DNA of 64,000 nt from an uncultured Christensenellaceae bacterium (GTDB taxonomy: Bacteria > Bacillota > Clostridia > Christensenellales > UBA3700): NCBI GenBank assembly GCA_944380305.1, contig CALWHF010000002.1, forward strand, positions 105,154 through 169,153, written 5' to 3'. This document shows, piece after piece, positions 23,381-32,975 of the stretch; position 1 is the stretch's first letter, and every line of letters begins with the position of its first letter. The position numbers were made by a program, and so were the translations under genes. A model generated the notes under the pieces. That model searched no databases. It was given only the letters and a program-made list of their open reading frames with translations, and was not told where the DNA came from.

Positions 23381-24328
23381 TCAATCCTGCCCGCTATCGT
23401 CCTCGTCGCAACAATGCGTTTCGTAAACGACGCAACCGTCCACAGCCGCAAGAACCGCTTTCTCTACCGCTTTGACCGCGGCTATCTCTATAAGTACAGG
23501 ATTGAGCACGGGTCTCTTCCCCGTAGCCATCACGAACAGACTGTCTCCGTCGAAATCGGTATGCACGGGGTATATCGTGCGGGCGAGACCGTTATGAGCA
23601 ACGCTCGCCACTTTGTTTGCCGCCGTCTTGTCGAGTTTCGCATCCGTGATTATGCAACCTATCGTAGTGTTTCCCGTAAGCAGTTTCAGATATTCGCCGT
23701 TCAGGATACGCTGTTCCGCACCGATGAAATCACCGTTCTTCCCCTTGCATCCCGCTACGATTTTTCTTGTCTCCGTGTCTATTACGTCACCCAACGCGTT
23801 TACCGCGACTATCGCCGTGACGGTCACGCCCGCGACCTTTACGGTTGCCGCGCCGACGCCGCTTTTTGTCGCATACTTCATCCCTCTGAACTTGCCGACG
23901 GTAGCTCCTTTGCCTACGCCCACCTGCCCGAATCCGACGTTCTCCGAGCACGCGTTTTCGCATGCCTTCCTGCCCGCCGCCTTGTCAGGCCAATGGTAGT
24001 CGTCGTATATCAGATCGAATATAACCGCACCGCATACTATCGGCACTCTTTTGCCTCCGACCTTTGCCCCGACGCCTTTATCCTTGAGATATTCCATAAC
24101 CCCGCAGGTGCTCTCGAGCCCGTACGCGGAACCGCCCGTAAGCACAACGGCATGCACTTCCTGAGCCGCCTTTTCGCTTCTCAGAAGATCGGTCTCTCTC
24201 GTGCCGGGCGCACCGCCGCGCACGTCCGCGCCACAGATACAGCCCTTTTCGCACAAAACCACGGTAACGCCCGTGTAGTCGTCGTTGTAATGGCCTATCT
24301 TTATGCCTTTGGGAACAGTGATTTTCAT
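23381..24328 (-). CDS. P1/DmpA-family aminopeptidase (Ntn hydrolase)
   Basis: MKITVPKGIKIGHYNDDYTGVTVVL...GGAPGTRETDLL...GNTTIGCIITDAKL... Confidence 0.83.
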   Translation of the reverse strand: MKITVPKGIKIGHYNDDYTGVTVVLCEKGCICGADVRGGAPGTRETDLLRSEKAAQEVHAVVLTGGSAYGLESTCGVMEYLKDKGVGAKVGGKRVPIVCGAVIFDLIYDDYHWPDKAAGRKACENACSENVGFGQVGVGKGATVGKFRGMKYATKSGVGAATVKVAGVTVTAIVAVNALGDVIDTETRKIVAGCKGKNGDFIGAEQRILNGEYLKLLTGNTTIGCIITDAKLDKTAANKVASVAHNGLARTIYPVHTDFDGDSLFVMATGKRPVLNPVLIEIAAVKAVEKAVLAAVDGCVVYETHCCDEDDSGQD

Positions 24329-24747
24329 ATCCTCTTGAATACGTCGCCGACGAGTTTCATGTCGCACTTGCCGACGTAGTTCGTCTTAAAATGTTTCATT
24401 ACCGAACCGATGCTCTTGTCGGGCAGCGAAAGGATTATTTCTCTGATCTCGTCTTCTCCCATCATCGCGGGAATGAACGCCTTGACCGCGGCTATCTGCT
24501 CGTCGAGCTCTGAGACCTTTTCGGGTCTGCCTGCCTTGACGAAACTCTCCTTTTCGTCATAGAGCTCTTTCTCCGTCTTCTGTAATATCGAGATAACGTC
24601 CGCGTCCGTCAATTCCTGTCCTTTTTCGCGTTTGTCGATCTTTGCGAGCATAATTTTGTTCATAACAACGCTGAGCACGTCCGACGCACTTCTGTTGCGG
24701 TCTTTCATCGCCTGTATTCTGGCTTTCTTTATTTCTTCGTCCAACAT
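24325..24747 (-). CDS. GatB/YqeY domain-containing protein
   Basis: 140 aa from ATG 24747 (MLDEEIKKARIQAMKDRN...), with the typical C-terminal KHFKTNYVGKCDMKLV. Confidence 0.83.
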   Translation of the reverse strand: MLDEEIKKARIQAMKDRNRSASDVLSVVMNKIMLAKIDKREKGQELTDADVISILQKTEKELYDEKESFVKAGRPEKVSELDEQIAAVKAFIPAMMGEDEIREIILSLPDKSIGSVMKHFKTNYVGKCDMKLVGDVFKRI

Positions 24748-24939
24748 AATTCCGTTACCTTCCTGAAATACTTTAGTGAATATTTTACCATTTTTCACGC
24801 GTTTTGTCAACCCGCGCCGTATTCGGCTTGTCAAGCGGCGTTGTCCGCGCTTTTTTCTTGCTTTATTTCCTCGAAAAAATACGAAAAAACGCACGCTGCA
24901 TCGAGGCATCGCGCGCAAACGTACTGCCGTCATTCTGCG

Positions 24940-26334
24940 TCAGGCGCGGTAGATAACGTTTCTGCCGTTCTCAAAAGGTACGTCGTTGAAAAGCCTGACG
25001 GTATCGTTTTCGTCTCTCGCGTTTACGAACTCCACGGCTATATCTCCGCCCTCGTAATCGAATTCGTACGTTTTCTGCCCGAACTGCGTCAGTTCTCTGA
25101 AATCGTAACCTCCGTCGGGCACGACCTCCTTGCCGTCTACGTATATCTTCATTTCGTAATTGTACGGGCACGCAAACCCGTAATTCGTGATCAGGAACGA
25201 CGCCTTGTCAGAGCTTATCTTCAGATTGCTCGCAACCAGCTGATAGCCGAGATGATACCTGAGATAATCGTATATGCTTATCCTGCCGTCTTCCAGAAGC
25301 GCGGGATTGCACGGAAAACCGTGTTCTTTCATGTCGCTCTCGGTCAGATATACGCTCTTGCACTCTTCGAGACAATATACGTTGCCGTCTTCTTTGTAGT
25401 TGTGCTCTATCGACATACTCGTCAGCCCGTATCCTACGCATTGGGAGACCAGCCCCGTCTTGTCTATGCGTTCGCCCGCTCTGCCCCACGGCATCTCCCC
25501 GTCGGTCACGGTATACTTGCATTTGTTCAGTAATTTAGCATAATTTTCGTCTTCCCACGACATCATTCCCCACTCGTGATCGTATCCCACGAGGTAATCG
25601 TCGTGCACGCCGAATCTCCACTCGATCTCTTCGGGAACTTTGCTGAGAAATTCGGGGGTCCGTACCATCATAGGAATATCGTTCGGGACGGCGTCGGCAA
25701 GAGCTTCGATAACTTTCTTTACGTCGATATTGTGTATACTTCCGTGACCTTCTCCCCAAAGACCTATCATGCCCAGCTGGACCGCATATACCGTCGTATC
25801 GAACAGCTCTTCGTTATCGGCGATAAACGTCTTTATCGCGGCGCAATGCCTCTCTATGTCTGCGGTTTTCGGTCCGTCTTCCGAAGATTCGGTCTCGTAA
25901 GCGAACCTGAGCAAAATCTTGAGCCCCTTGCTTCTGACCGTCTCGAAATACTCCTTAAGCTGCTCGAACGCGCTTTGCGGAATATCCGTCCTGCTGTATT
26001 TGCCCATGTATACATAGACCTGCATCAGCCTTATGCCGTCGGCGGAATACGCTTCGAGCTGGCTGTCCAGCCTGTCGTAATAATTTTCTCCGCTCAGCGG
26101 GTAAGCCTCGTTCGTCCCCAGGTTGATATACGTTTCGCCTCTGAATCCTCTGCTCTGATTGGATATTTCTCCGTATAAGCCCGTATAAAGAGGGATGCTA
26201 TCGTCGGTCTCTATCGCATAAGCGACAGGCACCGCAGGATAATCTTTGATCACTATCTTGTCGCACGCAGTCAATCCGAACGACAGCGATACCGCCATAC
26301 AAAACAAAATCAAAACCGAAACAATCTTTTTCAT
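24940..26334 (-). CDS. Lipoprotein, putative glycoside hydrolase (DUF4832/DUF4874-like)
   Basis: Lipobox LSFGLTAC. TIM-barrel-like GMIGLWGEGHGS motif. Confidence 0.65.
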   Translation of the reverse strand: MKKIVSVLILFCMAVSLSFGLTACDKIVIKDYPAVPVAYAIETDDSIPLYTGLYGEISNQSRGFRGETYINLGTNEAYPLSGENYYDRLDSQLEAYSADGIRLMQVYVYMGKYSRTDIPQSAFEQLKEYFETVRSKGLKILLRFAYETESSEDGPKTADIERHCAAIKTFIADNEELFDTTVYAVQLGMIGLWGEGHGSIHNIDVKKVIEALADAVPNDIPMMVRTPEFLSKVPEEIEWRFGVHDDYLVGYDHEWGMMSWEDENYAKLLNKCKYTVTDGEMPWGRAGERIDKTGLVSQCVGYGLTSMSIEHNYKEDGNVYCLEECKSVYLTESDMKEHGFPCNPALLEDGRISIYDYLRYHLGYQLVASNLKISSDKASFLITNYGFACPYNYEMKIYVDGKEVVPDGGYDFRELTQFGQKTYEFDYEGGDIAVEFVNARDENDTVRLFNDVPFENGRNVIYRA

Positions 26335-26611
26335 TCAGCAATCCCTCCTTAGCTCGTGACGCCCCCGTCAATCGCAGCGCGTCTCTCGCCGCATTGCATT
26401 AAAATTTTAACATCCGCGACGTTGCTTTGTCAATGCAGACCCGACCCGCGCGTCCCCGACAACAGCCTTTTTCTCCGCTTTATTCCCGACGAATCCCGAC
26501 CGGTAAAAGTTTTGCCTTCCATTCTATTGCTTTTCGCAAGAAAATATTGTATAATCAATGAGCAAAATTAATTACCGTGCAGTAATTAATCCGACAAAAA
26601 ATCAACAATCT

Positions 26612-26652
26612 GTTTCCATAGCTCAGTAGGATAGAGCGTTCGCCTCCTAAGC
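26612..26652 (+). pseudogene. Truncated 5' half of a tRNA-Arg(CCT)
   Basis: GTTTCCA-TA-GCTCAGTAGGATAGAGC-G-TTCGC-CTCCTAA-GC folds as acceptor 5' arm, D arm and anticodon loop (CCT). tRNA-like sequence then stops, with no closing stem, T arm or acceptor 3' arm. The sequence turns AT-rich from here. Confidence 0.6.
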
Positions 26653-26800
26653 TGTTGCCCTATCCACCCAAAACCACAATATGTTGTGATTTTGATGACA
26701 AGCGACCACTATATATTGTGGTTAAACGAAAAACTGGTATAAATTCTGGTATAAAATATGAAAGAAAATCACTTTCATATTGACAAATAAAATAGCTAAT

Positions 26801-26875
26801 GTGCTCATAGTTAAACGGATATAACGAAGCCCTCCTAAGGCTTAATTTGGGGTTCGATTCCCTATGGGCACGCCA
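26801..26875 (+). tRNA. tRNA-Arg (anticodon CCT), CCA encoded
   Basis: Hand-folded cloverleaf. Acceptor GTGCTCA/TGGGCAC, D stem GTTA/TAAC, anticodon stem AAGCC/GGCTT with loop CTCCTAA, T arm TGGGG-TTCGATT-CCCTA, discriminator G, then CCA. Confidence 0.85.
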
Positions 26876-26880
26876 ACAAA

Positions 26881-26912
26881 AAAAGCAAGGCATGATTTAA
26901 TGCCTTGCTTTT
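26881..26912. terminator. Terminator hairpin after the tRNA
   Basis: AAAAGCAAGGCAT-gattta-ATGCCTTGCTTTT, a perfect 13-bp stem with flanking A and T runs. Confidence 0.6.
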
Positions 26913-27002
26913 TAATATTTGCAATACTTTGTAAAAATCGTATTATACTACCTTAAATTCAAATCTGAAGATAATGAATTAATTTTCATATGGATGCGTT
27001 AT

Positions 27003-28982
27003 TTATTTTGCTATTCCACTAAGATCAGAAATTTCATTTGTCATTCTATCGGCAAGTTCTCTACTCGGATTATACATCATTGCTAACTCATTTGCTTTTT
27101 TTTGGAGTTTTCCATATAAATGTCTATGCCTAATATCAAACATAGTAAAAATATCAGACCAAGTATATGCATATATTTCATAATTACTTTGACAATTTAC
27201 CAACCCCTTTTTACCTCTTTCGTTGTATGAATTGCGTCTATCGATAACTTCCGGGCTAAGCTCACAGCAAACACAAATAAATTTCCAACTATAATAAATA
27301 CTGTTAAACTCAGGTTCTTTTTTTATTGCCATCATATAATCTTCAATTTGCCTATATATGTCAAAAGTTAACTTAACATATGGCGCTTTTAATTCCACTA
27401 TTATGTTTTGTTGAATTTCACCATTCGGCGAAGCAACATCTCTCATTCCAGAAATAAAAATATCTGGACGCTTAGATTTGTAGCAAGGATTATCATAGTT
27501 TATTCCATTGATATTACGATCTAAATATTTAAGATATTTAGTCAACACTTTATCTAATCTTTCATCTGCTGCTACTAAATTATACTCTTCTCCAAACAAC
27601 CAATAGTTTTGTTCGATAATTTTTTGAATATGATTTCTTTCATTAGTGAATTGTTCATTATTAAAAATCAACGTTTTAATTTTTTCTATAATCTCATAAC
27701 GCGCACTGATAGTGTTTAATAATTTTACTACACTACTTGGTTCATATTTCTTTAAAGTATTTGCTAATTGTTCTCGTTCTTCTTTGGAAAGTTTCTGAAT
27801 ACTATCTAAAATCGTAATAATATTCTCACGCTCATCAGTCTTAAGTATAAGATTTAGACATCCAATGATGGCCTTCTTACTATCCTTTTTTGTTCTAAAA
27901 AACAGATTAGGTTGAACACAATACACTGAAGACACTACAGACTTTAAATCCTCTTTCTGAGCATTAGCAATTGGGTCATCTGCAAAATCAGGAAACAATC
28001 CGTCATCAATATAAGATTGTACTATCCTTGGGACTTCTGTTTGGATATATTCTTTCAATCTATTTTTCACGTAATCAAATATAAAAGTCTGCAATTCCTT
28101 AAAAACTTTGTCTGTTTGTGTTTTTTCATATTCAAATCCATTTTCAATTCCTACACTTGAAAAATCATCAAAATACGTCGATTCAATGAATACACTATGA
28201 TAAAATTTCACCGCATTGTTATTACATTTCGTATGCTCTTTAAATTTTTCTACATAACTTTGATCTACATAATATGCAAAAGATTTTTGGTTACTACCCT
28301 CTATCCACTTGATAAAATCAATTTTGAAAACAAAATTATCTATTGTTTTTGTAAATGAAGAGCTTAAAGAATCATCGATTACTAAAGAATATGGAATTTC
28401 TATTCCATTTAAAAAAATATGCTTATCTTTATGTAAATACAAATATTTTGCAAAAAATGCAGCAATTTGTTGTTTAAAGTCCTCCCCTTCTAAATTTTCG
28501 ATTTTCAATTTCCCCAATCCAAAAAATTCGACTTTCGTTCCAGTAGTTTCATCTGTCTCTACAGGTTCTGTATAATTGCAATAATCTCTTTCACAGTTTC
28601 TTATTGTTATTGTATATTTATAATTCTTATCTCCTTTTTTATATACAGTTGTCCATTTAGCTTCACCGCAAATATTGCTAAAAGTATACCTACCTTTGCC
28701 TTTATTAACTCGATCAAAAAATACATTATTCTGTTTTTGAGAAATTAGAAAAGAGCCGAATGTTTCCTCTCTTGTTTCATAATTTATGCCGCTACCATTA
28801 TCTATTATCTCCAACGACTTTAAACCATTAAATGTATCTGAAAAAGCTTGAGCAGAAATTGAAACTTCAGTTGCATGTGCCTCAAATCCATTCAATATAT
28901 ATTCTATAATTGTTTCTATGTAATCCTTTTTTAAACCTGCGCCGTCAAAACTTTTATCTTTAATATTAACTTTTTCTTTCAT
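27003..28982 (-). CDS. GHKL-type ATPase fused to a Shedu-like (DUF4263-type) PD-(D/E)xK nuclease domain
   Basis: N-terminal Bergerat-fold motifs are present (ILNGFEAHATEV, IIDNGSGI). The C-terminus has NYWLFGEEY...KRPDIFISG...IIVELKAPYVKL, matching the D...ExK layout of Shedu nucleases. Confidence 0.6.
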   Translation of the reverse strand: MKEKVNIKDKSFDGAGLKKDYIETIIEYILNGFEAHATEVSISAQAFSDTFNGLKSLEIIDNGSGINYETREETFGSFLISQKQNNVFFDRVNKGKGRYTFSNICGEAKWTTVYKKGDKNYKYTITIRNCERDYCNYTEPVETDETTGTKVEFFGLGKLKIENLEGEDFKQQIAAFFAKYLYLHKDKHIFLNGIEIPYSLVIDDSLSSSFTKTIDNFVFKIDFIKWIEGSNQKSFAYYVDQSYVEKFKEHTKCNNNAVKFYHSVFIESTYFDDFSSVGIENGFEYEKTQTDKVFKELQTFIFDYVKNRLKEYIQTEVPRIVQSYIDDGLFPDFADDPIANAQKEDLKSVVSSVYCVQPNLFFRTKKDSKKAIIGCLNLILKTDERENIITILDSIQKLSKEEREQLANTLKKYEPSSVVKLLNTISARYEIIEKIKTLIFNNEQFTNERNHIQKIIEQNYWLFGEEYNLVAADERLDKVLTKYLKYLDRNINGINYDNPCYKSKRPDIFISGMRDVASPNGEIQQNIIVELKAPYVKLTFDIYRQIEDYMMAIKKEPEFNSIYYSWKFICVCCELSPEVIDRRNSYNERGKKGLVNCQSNYEIYAYTWSDIFTMFDIRHRHLYGKLQKKANELAMMYNPSRELADRMTNEISDLSGIAK

Positions 28983-29136
28983 TTTTAAAATACCCCCTTA
29001 ATTATAAAACAAGCAAAAATATAGCTAATATTTAAATATATTTTATATATAATATCATTTTAAGTCAAGATTTCCTTTATCAATTAGATAAATAAAACTA
29101 ACATTACAATTTAATTACTCATAAACTTTAATATAA

Positions 29137-30042
29137 TTAATTAAAAAATCCACTATCACATATCATTTTAAGAGTATCTATTGCCTGATCGTAAGATACC
29201 TTTTCAAACAACAATTTCTCTGTTATGTTGATGAAATCAGATTTGAAAAACTCTTTTGAGATTATTTCATTCAATAATTGCGTAATAGTTTTATCTGATT
29301 TTGCAGACTCGCAGAAACGACTTTTTGCCCTTCCATTTTTTGTATCAATAAAAAGTCTTTTCAGCTCATCATTATGATTAATCTTCGGATAAATTTTGTA
29401 TATATCATAGATATGTCTGGAATGCTCGCTTATTTTTTCGGTTAAATAATAATCGCAAATTGCAAAAATTTTATCCAAGTAAGTTCTTTCAAGGCTTTGC
29501 ACATTGACGTTAAATTCTCCGATTCCATATTGCGACGCTATATCCTCAAATCCGTTCTTTAACAAATATTCGCCGATTATGCTGATTGTAGGTTTTTGCT
29601 CATACGGAAACGATTTAATAGAAAACACGGTATCTATCTGAATGCCCGACTTTAATCCTTGCTGTTCAAATATTGGCATATACGCTATTTTATAATTGTT
29701 GTATTGCATTTTGCTCATGATTTGTTCTTCGTTCAAAATTGTCAAATCATACTTTGCGCAAACACCTTTTATTGCCCTGTTAACTTTTTTTCTTTCCCCC
29801 TCTGTAATCGTTTCAGGTATCATAGTCAAATCTATGTCTTCAGAAAATCTGTCTATTATCTTATAACACTTAGACAAAGAGGTGCCGCCTTTAAAAATTA
29901 AATTCGGCACCATATCAAACAGGTCTTGTAGTATCAGCGAAACATAATAATCCTTTTCGATTATTCCGGATTCGATCCCTTTTTCGGAGTTGATTTTCAG
30001 AATTATCTGTTCAAAATTTTCCTTATCTTGATGCAAGTACAT
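29137..30042 (-). CDS. abiEii: AbiEii/AbiGii-family nucleotidyltransferase toxin
   Basis: IIEKDYYVSLILQDLF...LIFKGGTSLSKCYKIIDRFSEDIDL. Confidence 0.85.
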   Translation of the reverse strand: MYLHQDKENFEQIILKINSEKGIESGIIEKDYYVSLILQDLFDMVPNLIFKGGTSLSKCYKIIDRFSEDIDLTMIPETITEGERKKVNRAIKGVCAKYDLTILNEEQIMSKMQYNNYKIAYMPIFEQQGLKSGIQIDTVFSIKSFPYEQKPTISIIGEYLLKNGFEDIASQYGIGEFNVNVQSLERTYLDKIFAICDYYLTEKISEHSRHIYDIYKIYPKINHNDELKRLFIDTKNGRAKSRFCESAKSDKTITQLLNEIISKEFFKSDFINITEKLLFEKVSYDQAIDTLKMICDSGFFN

Positions 30043-30655
30043 TGTTTACCTCACTAACGATAAAATTCTTTGCGGCTTTTGCGGGCATATCTTTTGAGTA
30101 CTGCAAAATTTTATCTGATGTAAGATTTTTCTCCCTCGCAAATTCGATAACCCTACTAAAGTCTTTTGAATCGATTTCAGACGCTGTTATTAAGTTAAAT
30201 ATTTCAAGTATCATCATCGCTGCACAATTGTCGTTATTCAATTCCGCTCTTGATTTTTTTATGATTACTTGTTGCTTACCGATACATACCGTTCTTTTGT
30301 TTGTCGATTCATTATTGGTTCGAATTTCAACGATATTTGCAGATTGAGTAGATATGCCAAAGGCATTCAACAAAGCAATGCCGGTATAATATCCGTAATT
30401 ATTCTCCCCGTCTGTGATATATTTTTTATTAATTATTTTTCTCGGATCCAAGACTGAATCACCGAATATCGTTTTCTTAGGAATATAATAAATACCTTGA
30501 TCAAACCTTTTAATCTGTCCTCTCTCTTCAAGTTCATTAATAATCTGATATATCCTGCCTCTCGTATATTCGGGCAAAGCTACGCGTATATCCTGAATGG
30601 ATATCGGCTCATTTTCAGAGTATTTATTTTTTAATATTTCAATTACATTTTTCAT
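30023..30655 (-). CDS. abiEi: AbiEi-family antitoxin / transcriptional regulator
   Basis: 210 aa. N-terminal winged-helix-like ISIQDIRVALPEYTRGRIYQIINELEERGQIKRFDQGIYYIP. Overlaps abiEii by 20 nt. Confidence 0.8.
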   Translation of the reverse strand: MKNVIEILKNKYSENEPISIQDIRVALPEYTRGRIYQIINELEERGQIKRFDQGIYYIPKKTIFGDSVLDPRKIINKKYITDGENNYGYYTGIALLNAFGISTQSANIVEIRTNNESTNKRTVCIGKQQVIIKKSRAELNNDNCAAMMILEIFNLITASEIDSKDFSRVIEFAREKNLTSDKILQYSKDMPAKAAKNFIVSEVNNVLASR

Positions 30656-30933
30656 GATCTTATTATTCTTATTAAATATTATATTCCTTTACTTAAGAAA
30701 ATTATACATTTTTATACTTTTTTTGTCAACATTTTTCTACAATTGTCAATTAGATTTTTACTTTAATATAGTGTATCTCTATTATTTTCATTTCACATGC
30801 AAATTGACATATTTTATATCAAACATTGTCAGTATGTTGATAATCTTTTACATTATAAATTTCAAAATCTACGTTAAAATGCAAGTTAATACTTTTTGAC
30901 TTGTTAAAAGCTACATATTGTTTTATTACACGG

Positions 30934-31329
30934 CTAAGCTTGTTTGAGTCGTATAAGCTTTCTCAACTCAATCTCAAGCTCATCGTAATTTACTATTGCT
31001 CTGCCCCGGTAACTGTAATAAAACACGTTGCCGCGTTTAAGACAAGCCTTTACGTCGTCCATTGTTGCTTTTTGCTTATGAGAAGCGTTGTATTCTTTCA
31101 ATGCGTTTTCTATTCTCCGCACTTTTGGGACGTCTTCCTGAACCGGATATTTTTTTGGTGCGATCGCTTTCATAAATGCGTCGAAATCGATGAGCCATGC
31201 TTTCTTGTGTTGTTCGCAAGGCACTTTGTATTGCAATACAAAGCGCCTTATGTTGGGACGTCTTAATATGGTTTCTTTGTCTTGTTCTGCAAACAGTCTT
31301 TGAAGATATCCGCTTGTTACAAATCTCAT
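30934..31329 (-). CDS. Hypothetical protein with excisionase-like DNA-binding N-terminus
   Basis: 131 aa. KKAWLIDFDAFMKAI resembles the C-terminal end of the two neighbouring excisionase-like proteins. Has a 4-nt ATGA overlap with the upstream gene. Confidence 0.5.
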   Translation of the reverse strand: MRFVTSGYLQRLFAEQDKETILRRPNIRRFVLQYKVPCEQHKKAWLIDFDAFMKAIAPKKYPVQEDVPKVRRIENALKEYNASHKQKATMDDVKACLKRGNVFYYSYRGRAIVNYDELEIELRKLIRLKQA

Positions 31330-31523
31330 TTTTTACCTCCTGCCCTGAAATATCCGTAAAACTCGTCAAGATTGATCAGCCATGAATTGCCGAATTTCAT
31401 AGCTGTCAATCTTTTGTCTTTTATAAGGCGTTTAACGAGTTTCCAAGTCAAGTCGGTTTCAGGGTCTTGTTTTTTGATTTCAGTCAAGACGTCGTTGATC
31501 CTTCTTATCCTCGGTATGTACAT
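31326..31523 (-). CDS. Excisionase-like helix-turn-helix protein
   Basis: 65 aa. INDVLTEIKKQDPETDLTWKLVKRLIKDKRLTAMKFGNSWLINLDEF is a paralog of the ORF at 32976-33155. Confidence 0.6.
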   Translation of the reverse strand: MYIPRIRRINDVLTEIKKQDPETDLTWKLVKRLIKDKRLTAMKFGNSWLINLDEFYGYFRAGGKK

Positions 31524-31549
31524 GTTTCACCTGCCATATTTTGCAATAT

Positions 31550-32965
31550 CTATATTATGTTGTTTAAGGCGTTGACGACCTTTTCTTTGGTGTCGGGGAT
31601 AAAATGCGCGTAAACCTGGAGCGTTACGGTCGAATCGCTGTGCCCCATGTATTTGGTGACAGTCTGAATCGGCACGTTCTGCGAAAGGAGCAGGCTGCAA
31701 TATGTATGTCTGAGTCCATGACAGGTAACGTGTTTCAATCCCCATTGCTCTTCGAACTTTTTGAGCCACTTCCCGATCACGCCGGATGCAAGAGGTTCTC
31801 TGTAAATATTTACGGCGAGATAGAAATCGTCGAGTTGCTTTTCAAAGTCGTCGAAAGCTATCTCAAACCATTTGTAGTACTTTTTCAGATCTTCTACCAG
31901 CGCGTCGGTCAGCGGAATCTCTCTGTTGGAAGTTCTTGTCTTCGGCTCTTTTTCGTAACTTCCGATATTCCTGGAATACAGTCTGTTTCGTCTGATGTGT
32001 ATGACTTTCCTTTCAAAATCGACGTCAGACCATCTCAGCCCGTGCATCTCTGCCGTTCTCACGCCTGTCAGCAGCATCAACTTTAAGACGACTTTCTTAT
32101 ATATAAACTCATCGTCCAAAGCATCGAGCTGTTTTACAAACTCCTTTGCCTCTGCAAACGAGAACACCTCCTTTTCAGGTACCGCACGGAGCGAAACGTT
32201 GTTGCTCCCTATTCCGATTTTTGTCGAACAGACGGGATTCTTTTCTATCCATTCGTAACGAACTGCTTCGTTGAACAGAGTACGCAATACTCTGCGATAG
32301 CCCTTTACCGTTTCGGGAGAATACCTTTTCACGTTGTCGACCATTTCAAAATATTTGTCTCTGTTCAATTTGCAGTATTCGCAAATACTCTCGACCATCT
32401 TGATCCCGATATGCGCGCCCTTTCTTCTGAGATTGTAAGAGGTGCTTCTGGGGATGATCTTTTTCTCTGCCAATTCGCGCAGGCTGACCGACGGCGGAAA
32501 GTCTTTTTTCAGGCGGAACTGTATTCCGTTATGCTGATAAAGCGAAAACGAATTGAGAAACAGCTGCACGTCGCGCACTCTGATTTCGGATATCGGCTTA
32601 TCTATAAGATAATGATCTTTAAGAAAAGCCGTAAACCGCTTTTCGACCTCGCATACATGCTCGTAATAATTCACGGAGTGGTTTAATCTCACGGTTTCCT
32701 TCCACTCTTTCATAAGCTCCGAAAACGTCAGAACGCCCGTATGCAATTCTGATTCTGCGTTTTGATAAGCTAAGTTCAGGTCGCGTTCAAGCTCTAACGC
32801 AAGCAACTCGACATGCTTTCTGAATTTGGGTTCGCTGAGATTTTCAGTATTGTAATATCTCTTGACGTACAGCTTGGATTTGCCGTTGTCAGGGTTTTTA
32901 CAGCTGACCTGAACTTTTGCTACAAGTTCACCTTTGGCATTTCTGGATATCTGAAAATATGCCAT
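31550..32965 (-). CDS. int: Tyrosine recombinase / integrase (Tn916-type N-terminal DNA-binding domain)
   Basis: 471 aa with LLTGVRTAEMHGLRW (Arg), HGLRHTYCSLL (H-x-x-R) and GHSDSTVTLQVYAH (Tyr). Confidence 0.9.
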   Translation of the reverse strand: MAYFQISRNAKGELVAKVQVSCKNPDNGKSKLYVKRYYNTENLSEPKFRKHVELLALELERDLNLAYQNAESELHTGVLTFSELMKEWKETVRLNHSVNYYEHVCEVEKRFTAFLKDHYLIDKPISEIRVRDVQLFLNSFSLYQHNGIQFRLKKDFPPSVSLRELAEKKIIPRSTSYNLRRKGAHIGIKMVESICEYCKLNRDKYFEMVDNVKRYSPETVKGYRRVLRTLFNEAVRYEWIEKNPVCSTKIGIGSNNVSLRAVPEKEVFSFAEAKEFVKQLDALDDEFIYKKVVLKLMLLTGVRTAEMHGLRWSDVDFERKVIHIRRNRLYSRNIGSYEKEPKTRTSNREIPLTDALVEDLKKYYKWFEIAFDDFEKQLDDFYLAVNIYREPLASGVIGKWLKKFEEQWGLKHVTCHGLRHTYCSLLLSQNVPIQTVTKYMGHSDSTVTLQVYAHFIPDTKEKVVNALNNII

Positions 32966-32975
32966 TGCCTGCCTC

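Noticed and set aside
22603-24379. 290-aa and 321-aa plus-strand ORFs antisense to citrate synthase and the DmpA-like peptidase
   Set aside because: Shadow ORFs of GC-rich genes.
24841-26178. 230-aa and 200-aa plus-strand ORFs antisense to the glycoside-hydrolase lipoprotein gene
   Set aside because: Shadow ORFs.
26660-26893. 77-aa minus-strand ORF
   Set aside because: It runs antisense through the intact tRNA-Arg and its terminator and has no RBS.
30597-30899. 100-aa Phe/Ile/Leu/Tyr-rich plus-strand ORF
   Set aside because: Its composition is what random translation of very AT-rich promoter DNA gives. The region is better explained as the abiE regulatory region.
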